Shown in pieces: positions 39,206 to 48,650 of a stretch of 64,000 bases of DNA. A program made the position numbers and the translations under genes. Source of the stretch: Methyloligellaceae bacterium (GTDB lineage Bacteria; Pseudomonadota; Alphaproteobacteria; Rhizobiales; CBDCYM01); NCBI GenBank assembly GCA_965224165.1, contig CBDCYM010000011.1, positions 4,116,476 through 4,180,475 on the forward strand, read 5' to 3'. Within the stretch, counting starts at the first letter, position 1. Each line of letters opens with the position of its first letter. The notes beneath the pieces were generated by a model. The model did no database searches. It was not told the origin of the DNA and was given only the letters and a program-made list of their open reading frames with translations.

Positions 39206-40282
39206 ATGGCTACAGACGAAATTATATCCTCCCAAGATACCTCACAAGGCTCGCGAGAGTTTGCGTCTGATAATTGTGCTGGTGTTTGTCCTGAAGTCAT
39301 GGCTGCCTTTGAACGCGCGAACCAAACAGGCGATGAACCGGCGTATGGAGATGATCGCTGGACACAAGAGGTCTGTGACCGTATCCGCGATCTGTTTGAG
39401 ACAAATTGTGAGGTGTTTTTTGTTTTCAATGGGACAGCTGCAAACTCCCTATCACTAGCCTCGCTCTGCCAGTCTTATCATTCGCTTATTTGCCATGAAA
39501 TGTCGCATATCGAAACCGATGAATGCGGTGGACCGGAGTTTTTCTCAAATGGATCAAAAATCCTTCTCGTTGAAGGAGAAAATGGCAAGGTTACTCCTGA
39601 TGCTATTGAAAAAATGGTGACCAAACGCAGCGATATTCATTTCCCGAAACCAAGAATTGTCTCACTGACACAATCAACCGAGGTGGGAACCGTTTACGAT
39701 ATCGAGGAGTTAAGAGCCATCGCAGCCATGGCCAAACGGCATGATCTACGCGTCCATATGGACGGCGCACGTTTTGCCAATGCGGTTGCTTCGCTTGATG
39801 TGCATCCTTCTGAACTGACCTGGCGCGCGGGGGTTGATGTTCTTTGCTTTGGCGGAACAAAAAACGGCTTGCCGGTTGGTGAGGCTGTTATCTTTTTCAA
39901 GCGCCAACATGCGGAAGACTTCGCTTATCGGGTAAAACAAGCAGGTCAGCTTTGCTCAAAAATGCGGTTCATTTCTGCCCCCTGGCTGGGATTACTAGAT
40001 GATGACGTCTGGTTGAAAAACGCCCGTCATGCAAACGCCATGGCCAAACTGTTACATGACCGGCTCATTAAGATTGATGGCGCAGAGTTGATGTTTCCTA
40101 CCGAAGCCAATGCTGTTTTCGCCAAGCTGCCAGCCAAAGCAATCGATTTATTGGTATCTAAAGGATGGCATTTTTACACATTTATCGGACATGGTGGATG
40201 CCGCTTCATGTGTTCCTGGAGCACGACACCCGATATGGTAGATGCTTTTGCCAAGGATATTGCTGAAGCCTGTGTGTCATGA
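39206..40282 (+). CDS. ltaE: Low-specificity L-threonine aldolase (PLP-dependent)
   Basis: FASDNCAGVCPEVM, GDDRWTQ, FNGTAANSLSL and CFGGTKNG (PLP Lys region) match the threonine aldolase family. Confidence 0.82.
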   Translation: MATDEIISSQDTSQGSREFASDNCAGVCPEVMAAFERANQTGDEPAYGDDRWTQEVCDRIRDLFETNCEVFFVFNGTAANSLSLASLCQSYHSLICHEMSHIETDECGGPEFFSNGSKILLVEGENGKVTPDAIEKMVTKRSDIHFPKPRIVSLTQSTEVGTVYDIEELRAIAAMAKRHDLRVHMDGARFANAVASLDVHPSELTWRAGVDVLCFGGTKNGLPVGEAVIFFKRQHAEDFAYRVKQAGQLCSKMRFISAPWLGLLDDDVWLKNARHANAMAKLLHDRLIKIDGAELMFPTEANAVFAKLPAKAIDLLVSKGWHFYTFIGHGGCRFMCSWSTTPDMVDAFAKDIAEACVS

Positions 40283-40355
40283 AATTTCGAGCGGAACTAA
40301 AAGGAAAGAAGAAGACGGATGACTGGTTTCAGGGGGCAGGCCCCATTAAATGCCC

Positions 40356-41519
40356 TTATCCAGCCATCACATAATCACCTAAACGGCGAAGAAATTGTGA
40401 ACATAATTCAAGCTGTTCCAGAGTAACAAATTCATCCGGTTTGTGAGCCTGTTCGATATTGCCGGGACCGCAAATCACGGTAGGACATCCGCCAAGCTCG
40501 AAAAGCCCGGCTTCCGTTCCATAAGAGACGGCATAGGTTTCGTTTTGTTGGGCGAGTTTAAGCACAAGTGAAATGGCATCAGTGCCTTTTGCTGTTTGAA
40601 AAGCAGGAACATGGTTGACGCGCTGTGTCTCAATACCGGTCTCGGTTGAAACCGCATGCATTTTAGGCAATAGTTTTTCTTGCGCAAATACCTCAAGCCG
40701 GCTTGGAATTTCAGCTTCATCGAACTCGGGAAGGCCACGAAATTCCCAAATAAAATGACACTGCTTAGGCACGATATTAAGCGCCGTTCCCCCTTCAATT
40801 TTGCCCACATGCACTGAAGTATAGGGTGGGTCGAAACGTTCACCCGCTTCGCGGCGTTTTACGTCTTCGCCGATCTGGTGGAGTTCTGTGATCAGTTGAG
40901 CCGCAATCATGACCGCATTAACAGCGAGATGAGGCACACTCGAATGAGCTTCTTGACCGGTAACCTCTGTTACAAAGGCATTGATGCTTTTATGGGCATC
41001 AACCGTTTGCATTGATGTTGGCTCTCCAACAATAACCATGCGGGGACGGGTAAGCTTTCGCCCAAGCTCAGCGATCAACGGCCGTACTCCTGTACAGCCG
41101 ATCTCCTCGTCATAAGAAAAAATCAAATGAATAGGGATACTGAAATCCCTTGAGATAAAATCTGGAACAGCTGCCAAAACACACGCGATAAAACCCTTCA
41201 TATCGCAAGCACCACGTCCATAAAGTGCCCCATCTTTTTCCGTTAGTTCAAATGGGTCACTGGACCAGGTCTGACCATCGACAGGCACCACGTCCGTATG
41301 CGCCGAAAGCCCGATACCATTCCTGCTATCCGGCCCAATAGTGGCAAAAAGGCTTGCCTTATCACCTTCTTCGTTGGGCACCAATGTCGATGTTATGCCG
41401 TAGCCTTCAAGATAGGTCTTAACATAGTCAATAAGGGGTAAATTGGTGTTTCGGCTTGTTGTATCAAAAGCAACGAGGCGAGAAAGAATCTCTTTTTCTG
41501 ATATGTGTTTTGGGGCCAC
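40356..41519 (-). CDS. argE: Acetylornithine deacetylase (M20 family)
   Basis: LVAFDTTSRNTNLPLI, SAHTDVVPV and GRGACDMKG motifs. Confidence 0.8.
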   Translation of the reverse strand: MAPKHISEKEILSRLVAFDTTSRNTNLPLIDYVKTYLEGYGITSTLVPNEEGDKASLFATIGPDSRNGIGLSAHTDVVPVDGQTWSSDPFELTEKDGALYGRGACDMKGFIACVLAAVPDFISRDFSIPIHLIFSYDEEIGCTGVRPLIAELGRKLTRPRMVIVGEPTSMQTVDAHKSINAFVTEVTGQEAHSSVPHLAVNAVMIAAQLITELHQIGEDVKRREAGERFDPPYTSVHVGKIEGGTALNIVPKQCHFIWEFRGLPEFDEAEIPSRLEVFAQEKLLPKMHAVSTETGIETQRVNHVPAFQTAKGTDAISLVLKLAQQNETYAVSYGTEAGLFELGGCPTVICGPGNIEQAHKPDEFVTLEQLELCSQFLRRLGDYVMAG

Positions 41520-41615
41520 ACAGCTCTCCTCAACAAAATAATCGTAGGGCTAATCCGCACAAAGTATGTTGTAAGTGGGTAATTTAATGAATCATTCATG
41601 ACTGTGCGACGGATC

Positions 41616-41637
41616 TTATACGATTTGTACGTATAAT
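41616..41637. promoter_or_regulatory. Operator-like palindrome TTATACG-N7-CGTATAA overlapping a TATAAT box upstream of the RND operon
   Basis: Perfect 7-bp inverted arms at 41616-41622 and 41630-41636. TATAAT at 41632-41637 lies about 80 nt upstream of the adaptor gene start. Confidence 0.35.
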
Positions 41638-41717
41638 TGTCGGCCTATTGAAAGTAACAACAAATACCCTCAAATCCCCGTTAATGGTAGTTTTGAGGCA
41701 TATGACGTTGAAAAAGG

Positions 41718-43193
41718 TTGGAAAGTGTGACCAATCCCCTAAGTGAGCGTGAAAATGAACCCGTTGCGGAACGGACGCATACCAAGGGTCCTGACCCTAG
41801 ACCGCGTCGGCGCTATATTGGGGTGATTGCTAAGATTTTATTGCCTTTACTTCTTATTGGTGCAGGATTAGGCGGATTTTATCTTCTAAAGCTCACAAAG
41901 ACGGAAGTACGCCAACGGGTTCAACGGGAGAAAGTTTGGCCGGTCAATGCTCAGGTTGCAAAATTTTCCGATTATCAGCCAAAGCTGCGTCTTTTTGGCG
42001 AAACGATTTCGGGGCGAAAGGTTGAGCTTAGAGCTTTAGTTGCCGGTGAAATAGTCACAACGGGTACAAAATTTCGCGAAGGTGGCATTGTCAAAAAAGG
42101 CGACATGCTAATCAGGGTTGATCCGTTTCAATTTAAAGGGGCTCTAATTGACGCGAAGGCAAGATTAGCGGAAGCCGAAGGTAGGCTTCGTGAGATCGAA
42201 GCTATGATTTCTCTTGAAATGGATGCTCTAAAATACGAGCGCGAACAATTAGAGATAGCCAAGCGAGATCTCGCACGTGCGGTTCCGCTGGCGAAAAAAG
42301 GCACTGTATCCAAAAAACTGGAAGATGATCGTCGCCTCGTGGTCAGTCAACGGCAGCAAAGTGCTCGCCAACGGCAAAACAATCTCAAAATTCAACAAGC
42401 CAAGTACGAACAACAAAAGGCCACCATTCGCCGCTTGCAATGGGGTGTTGATCAAGCCGAACGCAATTTGAGGGACACTGAGCTCAAGGCACCATTTGAT
42501 GCTTATGTCAATGGTATTAATGCAGACATTGGCCGTATCGTAAGTGCCAATGATCGTATTGCAACGCTGTTGGATAAAAACTGGATCGATGTTCGTTTCA
42601 TTCTATCTGACAGCCAATACGGGCGTATCCTCTCCTCTGAAAAAACGCTTTTTGGACGCGATATAGATGTACGCTGGTATGTGGGCAGCAAACCATTAAG
42701 CTATAAAGCCAAGATCGAGCGGATTAGTGCTGAAATCTCATCAGAAAGCGGTGGGGTTGAAATTTATGCTCGCATAAACGATCCGACAGCCCAATCACCA
42801 ATACGGGCTGGTGCATTTGTCCAGATACATGTGCCAGATCAAAACTACAAAAACGTTATACGTATATCCCAGACGGCTCTCTACGATGGTGATCGTATCT
42901 ACATCATTAAAGAGGGACGTTTAGAGGGACGTAAGATCGAGGTGGTCGGAACAGCAGGAACAGACATTTTGTTACGCGGGCCAGTTAAGAAGGGAGAGAA
43001 AATTCTTCTCACCCGGCTTTCAACTGCCGGCGACGGTGTCAAAGTACATGAAAGAAAGAGTGAAGACATCAAGCCCATAAGCCAAACGCGAGATCGTCTA
43101 CAGTCGACATCCGGAAAATTTAAACCAAAAAACTCTAAACGTGAGCGACCGCAAGCAAGTAAAAGCACCGAGTACTCAAGAGAGAACCGCTAG
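41718..43193 (+). CDS. RND efflux periplasmic adaptor (membrane fusion) subunit
   Basis: N-terminal TM, coiled-coil hairpin region and beta-barrel blocks of the HlyD_D23 type. Non-ATG start (TTG at 41718 or GTG at 41727). Confidence 0.85.
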   Translation: MESVTNPLSERENEPVAERTHTKGPDPRPRRRYIGVIAKILLPLLLIGAGLGGFYLLKLTKTEVRQRVQREKVWPVNAQVAKFSDYQPKLRLFGETISGRKVELRALVAGEIVTTGTKFREGGIVKKGDMLIRVDPFQFKGALIDAKARLAEAEGRLREIEAMISLEMDALKYEREQLEIAKRDLARAVPLAKKGTVSKKLEDDRRLVVSQRQQSARQRQNNLKIQQAKYEQQKATIRRLQWGVDQAERNLRDTELKAPFDAYVNGINADIGRIVSANDRIATLLDKNWIDVRFILSDSQYGRILSSEKTLFGRDIDVRWYVGSKPLSYKAKIERISAEISSESGGVEIYARINDPTAQSPIRAGAFVQIHVPDQNYKNVIRISQTALYDGDRIYIIKEGRLEGRKIEVVGTAGTDILLRGPVKKGEKILLTRLSTAGDGVKVHERKSEDIKPISQTRDRLQSTSGKFKPKNSKRERPQASKSTEYSRENR

Positions 43194-43199
43194 GCCGTT

Positions 43200-46100
43200 A
43201 TGGACAAAAACACACACCATTTGGGATTAATCAGCCTTTTTGTCCGCCACCCAACGGCATCCAATCTGTTGATGGCTGCCATGGTGCTCGTTGGGGTTTA
43301 TGCGCTTAGTAAACTCAATACACAATTTTTTCCAACAATCGAAATCCCGATAATTACAGTGTCGGTTGCATGGCCGGGGGCGAGTGCTTCCGACGTAGAA
43401 TCCAATATTCTCGACGCTCTTGAACCTGAATTGCGCTTTCTTGATGGTGTGAGCGAAGTCACATCAGTTGCCCGCGAAGGTACTGGCTTTATCAGACTTG
43501 AGTTTCATAGCAATGCGGACATGCAAAAAGCGCAATCTGATGTGGAGCAAGCTGTAGCAAATATTACTACATTGCCAGATGACTCCGAGGAGCCGGTCAT
43601 CAGTCAGATCCCCTTTTATGAACGTGTTGCTGACATTGCAATTTCGGGCCCCTTTAGTGAGCAAGCTATCAAGACATTTGCCAAACGTATTCGTGATGGT
43701 CTTTTGGCGGCTGGAATTGATCGGGTGACTTTAAATGGCGCACGCGATGAAGAATTATGGGTGCGTGTTCGCGAATATGATTTGCGCCGCCTTGATCTGT
43801 CTCTGCAAGATATCTCCAGACGCATAAAAGAAGAAACGCGTGATATGCCTTCCGGCACTATTGAAGGGGATGTGGATATCCAGCTGCGTGCGCTTTCTGA
43901 ACGCAGAACACCCGAAGCACTGAGGGAAATTGAAGTTAAGTCCTTAAAATCCGGAGAAAAAATTCACCTTCGAGATATCGCCACCGTAGACGCACGTTTT
44001 GACGACGATGCCTCAACGGGTTTGCGACGCGGTGAAATCGCTGTTGAACTCAAAGTCTTCCGGTCGATAAATGCCGATACCCTTGAGACCATGACAATTA
44101 TGGAAAATTACCTTAAGGACGTGAAGGCAACTTTGCCCAAGACCCTTCAGGTGCAGGCCTATAATGTGCGTGGGAAATTCGTAAAACAACGTTTGGGAAT
44201 TTTGGTCAAGAACGGCCTGCAGGGGCTCGTATTGGTCCTGGTCGTACTCTTTATTTTCCTCAATGCACGCATCGCTTTTTGGGTTGCGGCAGGTATTCCG
44301 GTTGCATTCATGGGTACTTTATTGGTGATGTATCTAAGCGGGCAGACCATTAATATGATCTCCATGTTTGCCCTAATTATGATGCTTGGAATCATTGTCG
44401 ATGATGCCATCGTAGTTGGTGAGCATACAGCAACCCGGCAAGCTATGGGCGATACACGGGCCGAGGCGGCGGAACGCGGTGCAGTACGTATGTTCGCACC
44501 TGTTATGGCGGCAACACTGACGACACAGGCCTCTTTTTTCCCAATTTTCCTCGTAAGTGACCGCATAGGTGATGTTATGTCGGCCGTCCCGCTTGTGGTC
44601 ATTGCTGTTCTAATTGCAAGTATTGTTGAGTGCTTTTTTATATTGCCAGGACATTTGCGGCATGGCTTTGGAAAGATAAGAAAGAGAGAGCCTGGGCGTT
44701 TTCGCCGTACATTCGATCATGGGTTAACGGCGTTCTCTAATGGGCCTTATCATCGTTTTGTCAAAATAACCTATCATTGGCGATATGCGACCGTTGCCTT
44801 CACCATTGCCATGTTGATCTTCGCCATTGGCTTGATTGCCGGTGGGCGTGTGCCCTTTACATTTTTCCCATCGCCCGAGCCAGAAAAGATCATGGCTTAT
44901 ATTGTGTTCGGCGCGGGCACGCCAAAACAAGACCAGATCGAGGCCATAAAAAAGATAGAAGCAGCCCTCGATCGAGCCGAACAGAAACTGACTAATGGTC
45001 AGGAAAAACTTGTTGAGATAAGTTTTGCAACCCTTGGACAGGCTGGGCGGACGAGCGGAGATAATGTTGCGCAGCTCGAAGTTCAATTAACCGCAAGTGA
45101 AGCTCGAAAGATTCCCACCAAAACTGTCCAAAGGGCTTGGCGGCGTAATATGCCTAAGATTCCGGGCGTGGAACGCATAGCCATACTCGGGCAGAGAGTA
45201 GGACCACCTGGTCGGGATCTTGATATTCGTTTGCAAAATGCGCCGCCTGAAATTCTTAAACAAGCGGCGGTCGAACTAAAATCGATTCTAACACGCTTTC
45301 CAGGTGTTTCCGCTATTGCAGATGATCTGCCTTACGGCAAACAGGAACTGATCATGGAGTTGACACCACGAGGTGCCGCACTTGGTTTTACTGGTGAAAC
45401 AATCGGCACTCAGGTGCGGAATGCCTTTGAGGGAGCGATTGCCACACGTTTTGCCCGGGGGGACGAGGAGATTACCGTCCGGGTTATACGGGTTCAGGAA
45501 GTCTCAGGCGTTCATTCCTTAAACCAGCTTTATTTAAGAAGCCCGCAAGGGCAGCGCGTCCCCCTCACGGAAATTGTCAAACTGCGCGAAAAAGCAGGGT
45601 TTTCAGTTATTCAGCGCAAAGATGGCGTTAGAACAGTTGCTGTTACAGCAGATGTCGATTCCAAAGAAACAAATACGGCCCTGGTGACTGCGAAGCTTGC
45701 TCAAGACGCGCTTCCTAAACTCGCTGAAAAATATGGCATTACCTTCGCTTTGAAAGGTCGGGCTGAAGAACGCTCCAAATCCTTTGCAGACCTTAAACTC
45801 GGCGCATTGCTTGCCCTGGCACTGATTTACATCATTTTAGCCTGGGTTTTTGAAAGCTATGCTAAGCCGCTTGCAGTTATGGCCATTATTCCCTTTGGCC
45901 TGGTCGGGGCCATTCTCGGTCACATGGTCATGGGCTTTAATTTGACGATTATTAGCTTGCTGGGCCTTTTGGGGCTATCGGGCATTTTGGTCAATGATTC
46001 AATCATTCTTGTCAGTCAGGTCAAACGGCGTCTTGAAGAGGGCGGAACGCTTGAGCAAGCGGCAATAGGTGCCTCACAAGATCGCTTGAGAGCCGTTGTA

Positions 46101-46343
46101 TTAACGTCTCTCACAACGATCGGAGGGCTCTTGCCCTTGCTCTTTGAAACCAGTCGACAGGCGCAATTTCTTTTACCAATGGCCGTGACGCTTGTCTTTG
46201 GATTAGCGGCAGCAACCGTTCTGGTGCTTATCTTGGTTCCAGCACTCATTGGCGTGGGCGGAGATTTTGGCCGAATGAGCCGTGCAATCCGTAAATTCTT
46301 CTTTCCGCCAGAACCAACCTTAGATCAACCCACGTTTAAGTGA
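43200..46343 (+). CDS. RND efflux permease (AcrB/AcrD/AcrF family)
   Basis: 1047 aa with the 12-TM, two-large-loop RND architecture and conserved TM4 (GIIVDDAIVVGEH). Confidence 0.95.
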   Translation: MDKNTHHLGLISLFVRHPTASNLLMAAMVLVGVYALSKLNTQFFPTIEIPIITVSVAWPGASASDVESNILDALEPELRFLDGVSEVTSVAREGTGFIRLEFHSNADMQKAQSDVEQAVANITTLPDDSEEPVISQIPFYERVADIAISGPFSEQAIKTFAKRIRDGLLAAGIDRVTLNGARDEELWVRVREYDLRRLDLSLQDISRRIKEETRDMPSGTIEGDVDIQLRALSERRTPEALREIEVKSLKSGEKIHLRDIATVDARFDDDASTGLRRGEIAVELKVFRSINADTLETMTIMENYLKDVKATLPKTLQVQAYNVRGKFVKQRLGILVKNGLQGLVLVLVVLFIFLNARIAFWVAAGIPVAFMGTLLVMYLSGQTINMISMFALIMMLGIIVDDAIVVGEHTATRQAMGDTRAEAAERGAVRMFAPVMAATLTTQASFFPIFLVSDRIGDVMSAVPLVVIAVLIASIVECFFILPGHLRHGFGKIRKREPGRFRRTFDHGLTAFSNGPYHRFVKITYHWRYATVAFTIAMLIFAIGLIAGGRVPFTFFPSPEPEKIMAYIVFGAGTPKQDQIEAIKKIEAALDRAEQKLTNGQEKLVEISFATLGQAGRTSGDNVAQLEVQLTASEARKIPTKTVQRAWRRNMPKIPGVERIAILGQRVGPPGRDLDIRLQNAPPEILKQAAVELKSILTRFPGVSAIADDLPYGKQELIMELTPRGAALGFTGETIGTQVRNAFEGAIATRFARGDEEITVRVIRVQEVSGVHSLNQLYLRSPQGQRVPLTEIVKLREKAGFSVIQRKDGVRTVAVTADVDSKETNTALVTAKLAQDALPKLAEKYGITFALKGRAEERSKSFADLKLGALLALALIYIILAWVFESYAKPLAVMAIIPFGLVGAILGHMVMGFNLTIISLLGLLGLSGILVNDSIILVSQVKRRLEEGGTLEQAAIGASQDRLRAVVLTSLTTIGGLLPLLFETSRQAQFLLPMAVTLVFGLAAATVLVLILVPALIGVGGDFGRMSRAIRKFFFPPEPTLDQPTFK

Positions 46344-46359
46344 ATTCACTTAAACGTGG
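46330..46359. repeat. Perfect 30-bp palindrome CCACGTTTAAGTGAATTCACTTAAACGTGG straddling the RND stop codon
   Basis: Self-complementary over all 30 nt. The second copy at 38859-38888 has one compensatory pair change. Confidence 0.75.
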
Positions 46360-46364
46360 AAATG

Positions 46365-46478
46365 TTGGGTATCTCTAAATACTCCCTTCGGGCCATCCAC
46401 CATCCCCTGCCACCCGCCATATTCTGCGATAATTAGGCGGGTGGCAGGGGATGGTGGATGGTTTTTAAAGGTATCCAG
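46365..46478. repeat. MITE/RIME-like nested palindromic element, copy 2 (full length, 114 bp)
   Basis: Perfect 26-bp inner inverted repeat CCATCCACCATCCCCTGCCACCCGCC / GGCGGGTGGCAGGGGATGGTGGATGG with a 17-nt spacer, nested in terminal inverted repeats of about 15 bp. Confidence 0.88.
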
Positions 46479-46496
46479 TTGATCGATATCAAAAGG

Positions 46497-46539
46497 CTAG
46501 AGCATGTCACGTTCACATGCGTTCACTTGCATGCTCTAG
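46497..46539. repeat. CTAGAGCAT...ATGCTCTAG palindromic repeat unit
   Basis: CTAGAGCATGTCACGTTCACATGCGTTCACTTGCATGCTCTAG has the same terminal arms as the units at 31961 and 38792. Confidence 0.6.
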
Positions 46540-46849
46540 AACCTGCAGAATAAGGCAGGTCACCTGCCTGTTCGCCATATTTTCTGCTTCGTTTTTCCAC
46601 AAAGAAGACGCAAAACCCAGCCGTTTAGGCATTTTTTGGATAATGTTTTATTAATTCAATACATTAACAAACCGCAAGAAATACTTGATTTTTAAAAGAA
46701 CTTATCCTCTTCATCCTTAAGTTTATGAAAGTTATACACACATTAATAAGGCACCTCGAAAAATGGCCTTATTTGCTAACTACGAATCATTCTTAATAGG
46801 GGTTAGTAGGGGTGATAGTAAAGTGAAGAGCTGCGGAATTCATAGAGGT

Positions 46850-46886
46850 CCCATGCGCCAGTTCCTGGAGCATGGGGAGTTTTTTT
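46850..46886 (+). terminator. Strong intrinsic terminator or attenuator immediately upstream of the 46903 gene
   Basis: CCCATGC-G-CCAG-TTC-CTGG-A-GCATGGG followed by GAG and T7 (46880-46886). The RBS GGAGG at 46893-46897 and the ATG at 46903 follow directly. Confidence 0.6.
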
Positions 46887-46902
46887 GTTGTGGAGGCCCA
46901 GC

Positions 46903-47430
46903 ATGATACAATCTTGCGAAAAGCCATACCGGACGCGGGATAACGGTGCGGTTCAATCTCATTTTCTCGATAATATTATTGTTGCTTGTCCACGTTGCGA
47001 TAGCCCTGCCAATGTCAAGCCGATTAAACTCAGTGAAGCTGATTTATTCGCTCCACGTCGCGTAACCTGTTCGTCGTGCAGCTTTTCCCGCGCAACGACC
47101 GGCTTAGACATTTTTTCGTTTCGTAGGGATGGGCGAGATCCTTTTACAGGTCTGCCTGTATGGTTACAGACACAGACCCGCCATGGTCTTGTTTTTGCTT
47201 TGAACAAAGATCATCTACAGGCACTCGAAACTTATATTGCCAATGATTTCGATGAGCCACATCTGGTTATGCAAAGCGGCTTGCACGGCCATGACATTGT
47301 TGTTCTGCGCCTGCCAAACTGGATGAAATCAGTCGAAAATAAGCAAATGGTGAAATCCGCCTTTGCGCAAATTTGGGAATTGGCTGAAGTCATACCAACA
47401 CACGCAAATGTTGAGTCATTGCACAGGTGA
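46903..47430 (+). CDS. Hypothetical zinc-ribbon protein (175 aa)
   Basis: CPRCDS...N23...CSSCSF Cys4 ribbon, then LPVWLQTQTRHGLVFALNKDHLQALETYIAN. GGAGG lies 5 nt upstream of the ATG. Confidence 0.55.
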   Translation: MIQSCEKPYRTRDNGAVQSHFLDNIIVACPRCDSPANVKPIKLSEADLFAPRRVTCSSCSFSRATTGLDIFSFRRDGRDPFTGLPVWLQTQTRHGLVFALNKDHLQALETYIANDFDEPHLVMQSGLHGHDIVVLRLPNWMKSVENKQMVKSAFAQIWELAEVIPTHANVESLHR

Positions 47431-47489
47431 ATTTCGGCTTTTTGATAAGCAATATTGCGTGAATTCTGGTGTTGTGTAGAAAAATGCGA

Positions 47490-48134
47490 CTATTGGCTTG
47501 CCCAAATAATTCGGGCAAGCCATTTAAGATCCGAAACCGGTAATGTGAGCTTCGGATTTGGGTCGTTTGGGTTGAGCGAAATAAGCTCAACCCACTTCGC
47601 AGAACGACGTTCAAGAGTTTTTGCCAAAATCTTACCTTCTCGGGTTTCGGCAATAACCCGGTCGTTACGGCGTATTTCGGCATTGGGTGAGATAATGAGA
47701 ACCTCACCTTCGCGATAAAGGGGCTCCATACTATCGTCTGTGACTTCTAAGGCATAGGCACTTTCATCTCTTATTTCCGGAAATCTGACCTCGTCCCATC
47801 CTCTGCCTGCGGGGAAACCGCCATCATCAAAAAATCCACCTGCACCAGCTTGGGCAAAACCAATAAAAGGAATAGGTTGCGTATAGGTCGGCCCGTCAGG
47901 GTCGGCGGAAGACACCAAAGTAATAAATTCATCGAGAGAGGCGCCCGTTGCCTCAAGGACTTTGGAGAGACTTTCTGTTGAAGGCCAACGCTCCTTGCCT
48001 TGTGGCGTCGTACGTTTGGATTTGTTAAATGTCGTTGGATCCAAGCCTGCTCGTTTTGCAAGGCCTGATGGAGAGAGGTGATAGCGCGCTGCAAGGGTGT
48101 CAATTGCCGCCCAAAGCTGTCGGTGAGTTAACAT
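47490..48134 (-). CDS. HTH (XRE-type) plus S24 LexA/CI-like peptidase-domain regulator
   Basis: N-terminal HTH (LSPSGLAKRAGLDPTTFNKSK) and a C-terminal S24-like beta domain (AYALEVTDDSMEPLYREGEVLIISP...DRVIAETREGKILAKTL). I chose the ATG at 48134. Confidence 0.82.
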   Translation of the reverse strand: MLTHRQLWAAIDTLAARYHLSPSGLAKRAGLDPTTFNKSKRTTPQGKERWPSTESLSKVLEATGASLDEFITLVSSADPDGPTYTQPIPFIGFAQAGAGGFFDDGGFPAGRGWDEVRFPEIRDESAYALEVTDDSMEPLYREGEVLIISPNAEIRRNDRVIAETREGKILAKTLERRSAKWVELISLNPNDPNPKLTLPVSDLKWLARIIWASQ

Positions 48135-48299
48135 ATTTGTTAAGAATGAATTCCCTAATCCGCATTTATCGCGGAATTTGCCCCTGTAGTAGGAATTATG
48201 CCTTATTAGCTTCTCATGTCCAACGAAAAAGCTCAAATATCACCATTGCTTGCCGTGCTTTGCATTGATCGATAGGTTGCAACACGTACGGAGAGCGGG

Positions 48300-48650
48300 A
48301 TGACAAAAAAAATCATATACAAAATTTGCACACAAATTGAGTGGGAAAAAGCTCAAACCCTTGGGCTCTTTGTTGGATCAGAAGACGATCTTCGTGACGG
48401 ATTTATCCATTTTTCAACTGCTGAACAAATAGCCGGTACGTTGGCTAAACATTTTACCGGGCAAGTGGGCCTGATCCTTATGGCAGTGGATGCGAGCGCT
48501 TTCGGATCTCAGCTCAAATGGGAACCTTCCCGTGATGGCGCTTTGTTCCCCCACCTTTATGGTGTTTTGCCATTGGAAAAAGTCATGTCGGTGCAGGATG
48601 TGCTGAACAGCAAAGAAGGCCATCATGTCGTACCGGAGGGGTTAGCTTGA
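48300..48650 (+). CDS. DUF952 family protein
   Basis: IYKICTQIEWEKA...DGFIHFSTAEQ...LFPHLYG pattern. Confidence 0.8.
   Translation: MTKKIIYKICTQIEWEKAQTLGLFVGSEDDLRDGFIHFSTAEQIAGTLAKHFTGQVGLILMAVDASAFGSQLKWEPSRDGALFPHLYGVLPLEKVMSVQDVLNSKEGHHVVPEGLA

Noticed and set aside
46511-46524. Direct repeat GTTCAC-N4-GTTCAC, considered as an alphaproteobacterial LexA box (GTTC-N7-GTTC) near the S24-type regulator.
   Set aside because: The spacing between the GTTC tetramers is 6 nt, not 7. The site lies inside a dispersed palindromic repeat unit and about 1.6 kb from the regulator gene.
31961-46539. Palindromic repeats considered as a CRISPR array.
   Set aside because: The copies are kilobases apart, occur in both orientations, have no regular repeat-spacer periodicity and no cas genes nearby. 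They are dispersed REP/RIME-type elements.
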